64,000 nucleotides of DNA from Takakia lepidozioides (Eukaryota > Plantae > Bryophyta). Of this stretch, positions 62,001-64,000 are shown piece by piece. A program made the position numbers and the translations under genes. Positions within the stretch are counted from its first letter, which is position 1. The number at the start of each line of letters is the position of its first letter. The stretch spans positions 60,946,001 to 61,010,000 of the forward strand of contig CM060731.1 in assembly GCA_030704615.1 (NCBI GenBank). Reading direction: 5' to 3'. Below the pieces are notes generated by a model. It made no database searches, was not told the DNA's origin, and saw nothing but the letters and a program-made list of their open reading frames with translations.

Positions 62001-63690
62001 GATGCAACCAACCTCTTATGAGGAAACCCTACGTCAACCACTATTCCTCAACACCAACAACCCCACCCCTGCTCAGAGAGGCCTGGCTAGAAAATGGTCT
62101 TCCTGGGACTTCAAAGGAATTAGGAGGGTGGCTGATATATGGAAGGACAACACCTTTGTTTCCAAAGACCACATTTCTTCCATTCTAGGGAAAATCAAAG
62201 CCAACAATTCCTACGATTGCTTGATTCAGGAGACTTCAAGCCAGTGGCTGTCCAATCTCCAAGCAGGGCCCAGTGTTCCTACCACCAATTTCTGGACTCT
62301 AGGCATTATACAATCAAACATAACCATCCTCTTTGTCACCAAATCCAATCCTCTTCACTACAAGGGATTTCCCTTTTTGGTCAACACTGACACTTTGAGG
62401 CTCAACCTTCAAAGCAGCTACCCCATCACATTTGCCCGATTCACACACACACCCATCAGGATTTGTTGGTGGTCTTTCCCTTTACGGGAAATGGACCCCC
62501 TCCCACCCCTCAACATTCCCCTGACCTCCTGGCTTGCTTCCGAGACCTTCGTATGGATATTAGGCAGGCCACTGGCGGACCTGGAGTTCGATCCAAAAGA
62601 GTGGGAATGGTCATTCGCCCGCTCCAAATCTCCATTCTTGGAATATACAACCAAAAAAGCCTACAGGCCGGCACTATCAAACCCACAGCCTCTGCAATCC
62701 AAATGGAATGATCGGTGGAGCCACTTCAACTTTACAAACGAAAACTGGAATTCCATATGGGCCACTATCTGGAACAAAACGAGACCGGCGAAGATTGCTG
62801 CCTTCCTGTGGCAGATAGCAAACAGGGTGTTGAAAGTCAGAGAGTGGCTGGGGTGCAATGAAGCCCTCTTGTGCAGATGTTGCTCATCGGCTGTTATGGA
62901 AACCCTCGAGCATTGCCTGCTGCATTGCCAAGCACCTGCTATTCTCTGGCCCATAGTAAAGAGTTTCTACAGACCCTGGAATCAATGCTCTATATCCCAA
63001 ATTCACATTCTTCTAAACTATGACCAGAGCACTACCCTGCCCGGTATTTGACAATCTTCGGAGCTCAACACTCTGGCACATTTGGAAAGCAAGATGCAAT
63101 AGAACTTACTCTGCTAAAATATCTGCCCTGCTCACCAACGTTTACCAGGACCTTCAAATTGAGGCTAGAAGGGCTTGGAAAAAACTGTGTGCAGATGTTG
63201 AAAGAGCGCCACGATAGGCAGGTGCGCTCCACAGTACCTTTACCTCGACATGGGGGAGGGATGGCATCCTATGCTACAGCTCCAGCCCAGACAGCTGCCT
63301 ATGGAATGTCCTGCCCCCGACTGCCTGGAGGGACATCCGCGGCACCGTCCACAGCATCGCCGGAGTTCGATAAAGACATAAATTGGAAGCATATCAAGCA
63401 GTCATCAAAAGTCTCAAAGCTCAGCTTTCGCTGACCACTGGGCTACTTGGTAAGTCCGCAGAAAGCGACTCACAACTGCACCCCACGTTCTTAACGGATT
63501 TGGAGGATCTTCTCAATAAGTGTAACTGATCTTTTTGCATAAGTTTGGTTTTAAGGCCGTGGGCCTTGGTAGATCGTATCATACTCGGAATGAGTGTCAA
63601 GTTCCCCCCTTCACTGACGACGGTGTGTGTGCCTTATGGTGTAATCGAGGGTTTTAATTTTTTCCCCTCTAATAATTAAAAAATAAAGCT
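59059..63690 (+). mobile_element. L1-type LINE ORF2 (APE endonuclease, RT, zf-RVT) with 3' UTR and A-rich tail; pseudogenised
   Basis: SWNVRGLG, IQEHK, NIYAPN, DFN, RLDRIY, FDH; PSLDG, YRPITLLN, QTGF, DFEKAFDRV, QGCPLSPFLF, FADD, GGLG; CRCC..ETLEHCLLHC; AATAATTAAAAAATAAA at ~63671. Confidence 0.93.
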
Positions 63691-64000
63691 TCAGGTCTCT
63701 GTCCCTGTTCTTTATATATATATATATATATATATATATGACAGGATCCGGATGGTGTTGGACCGGTATCATAAACATTTCATACTATCATCGGTGAAGA
63801 GGTGGCTCCTTCATACCATATACTGGTTTTCTTTTTTCTTTTTTTAAGAGGGACATTGGCCTCAAAACTTTACAGTCTGAGAGCTACATAGGGGAAGTAA
63901 GGAAAAAATAACCTTACAGAAGGCCATGAAGGATGATAAACGAGGCACTGCTCATGTAACGGTTGCCAGAGAGATGAAGGAAGCAAGAAAGGTAGAAGGT

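Noticed and set aside
63300-63434. Conserved small ORF after LINE ORF2 (NWKH..LSF, similar to NWRH..LSF at ~45970)
   Set aside because: Explained as an alternative-frame reading of the shared ORF2 C-terminus (LEA..QLS).

Overview
Eukaryotic, transposon-dominated window. It most likely comes from a non-seed land plant such as a moss; this is inferred from the Tcn1-like chromovirus, PLS-type PPR fragments, intronless F-box genes and moss-type short Copia LTRs. Only two host genes look intact: an intronless F-box gene (25036-26235, minus) and a 5-exon DUF212/YuiD-like divergent PAP2 gene (28795-31673, minus, first intron GC-AG). The rest is nested and decayed mobile DNA. From the left: a Gypsy gag remnant; the 3' half of an RLE-type (Dualen/RandI-like) LINE carrying a chromodomain, a PCIF1-like adenine-methyltransferase-fold segment, RNase H, CCHC and a restriction-like endonuclease; a MULE/SWIM transposase split by a 10.5-kb CACTA element (TSD TCC), which itself holds an RT-deleted, self-priming chromovirus; a second MULE with a Ulp1 gene, an orphan ORF and a pervasive AGACC motif; LTR remnants with extra ORFs; a 500-N gap; and an L1-type LINE whose ORF1 is split by a second CACTA element (TSD GTT). 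The main candidate novel system is that both independently inserted CACTA elements carry the same cargo: intron-split OSB-type 'PDF' ssDNA-binding repeats followed by PLS-class PPR repeats. All domain calls come from recognising motifs by eye; no database searches were run.
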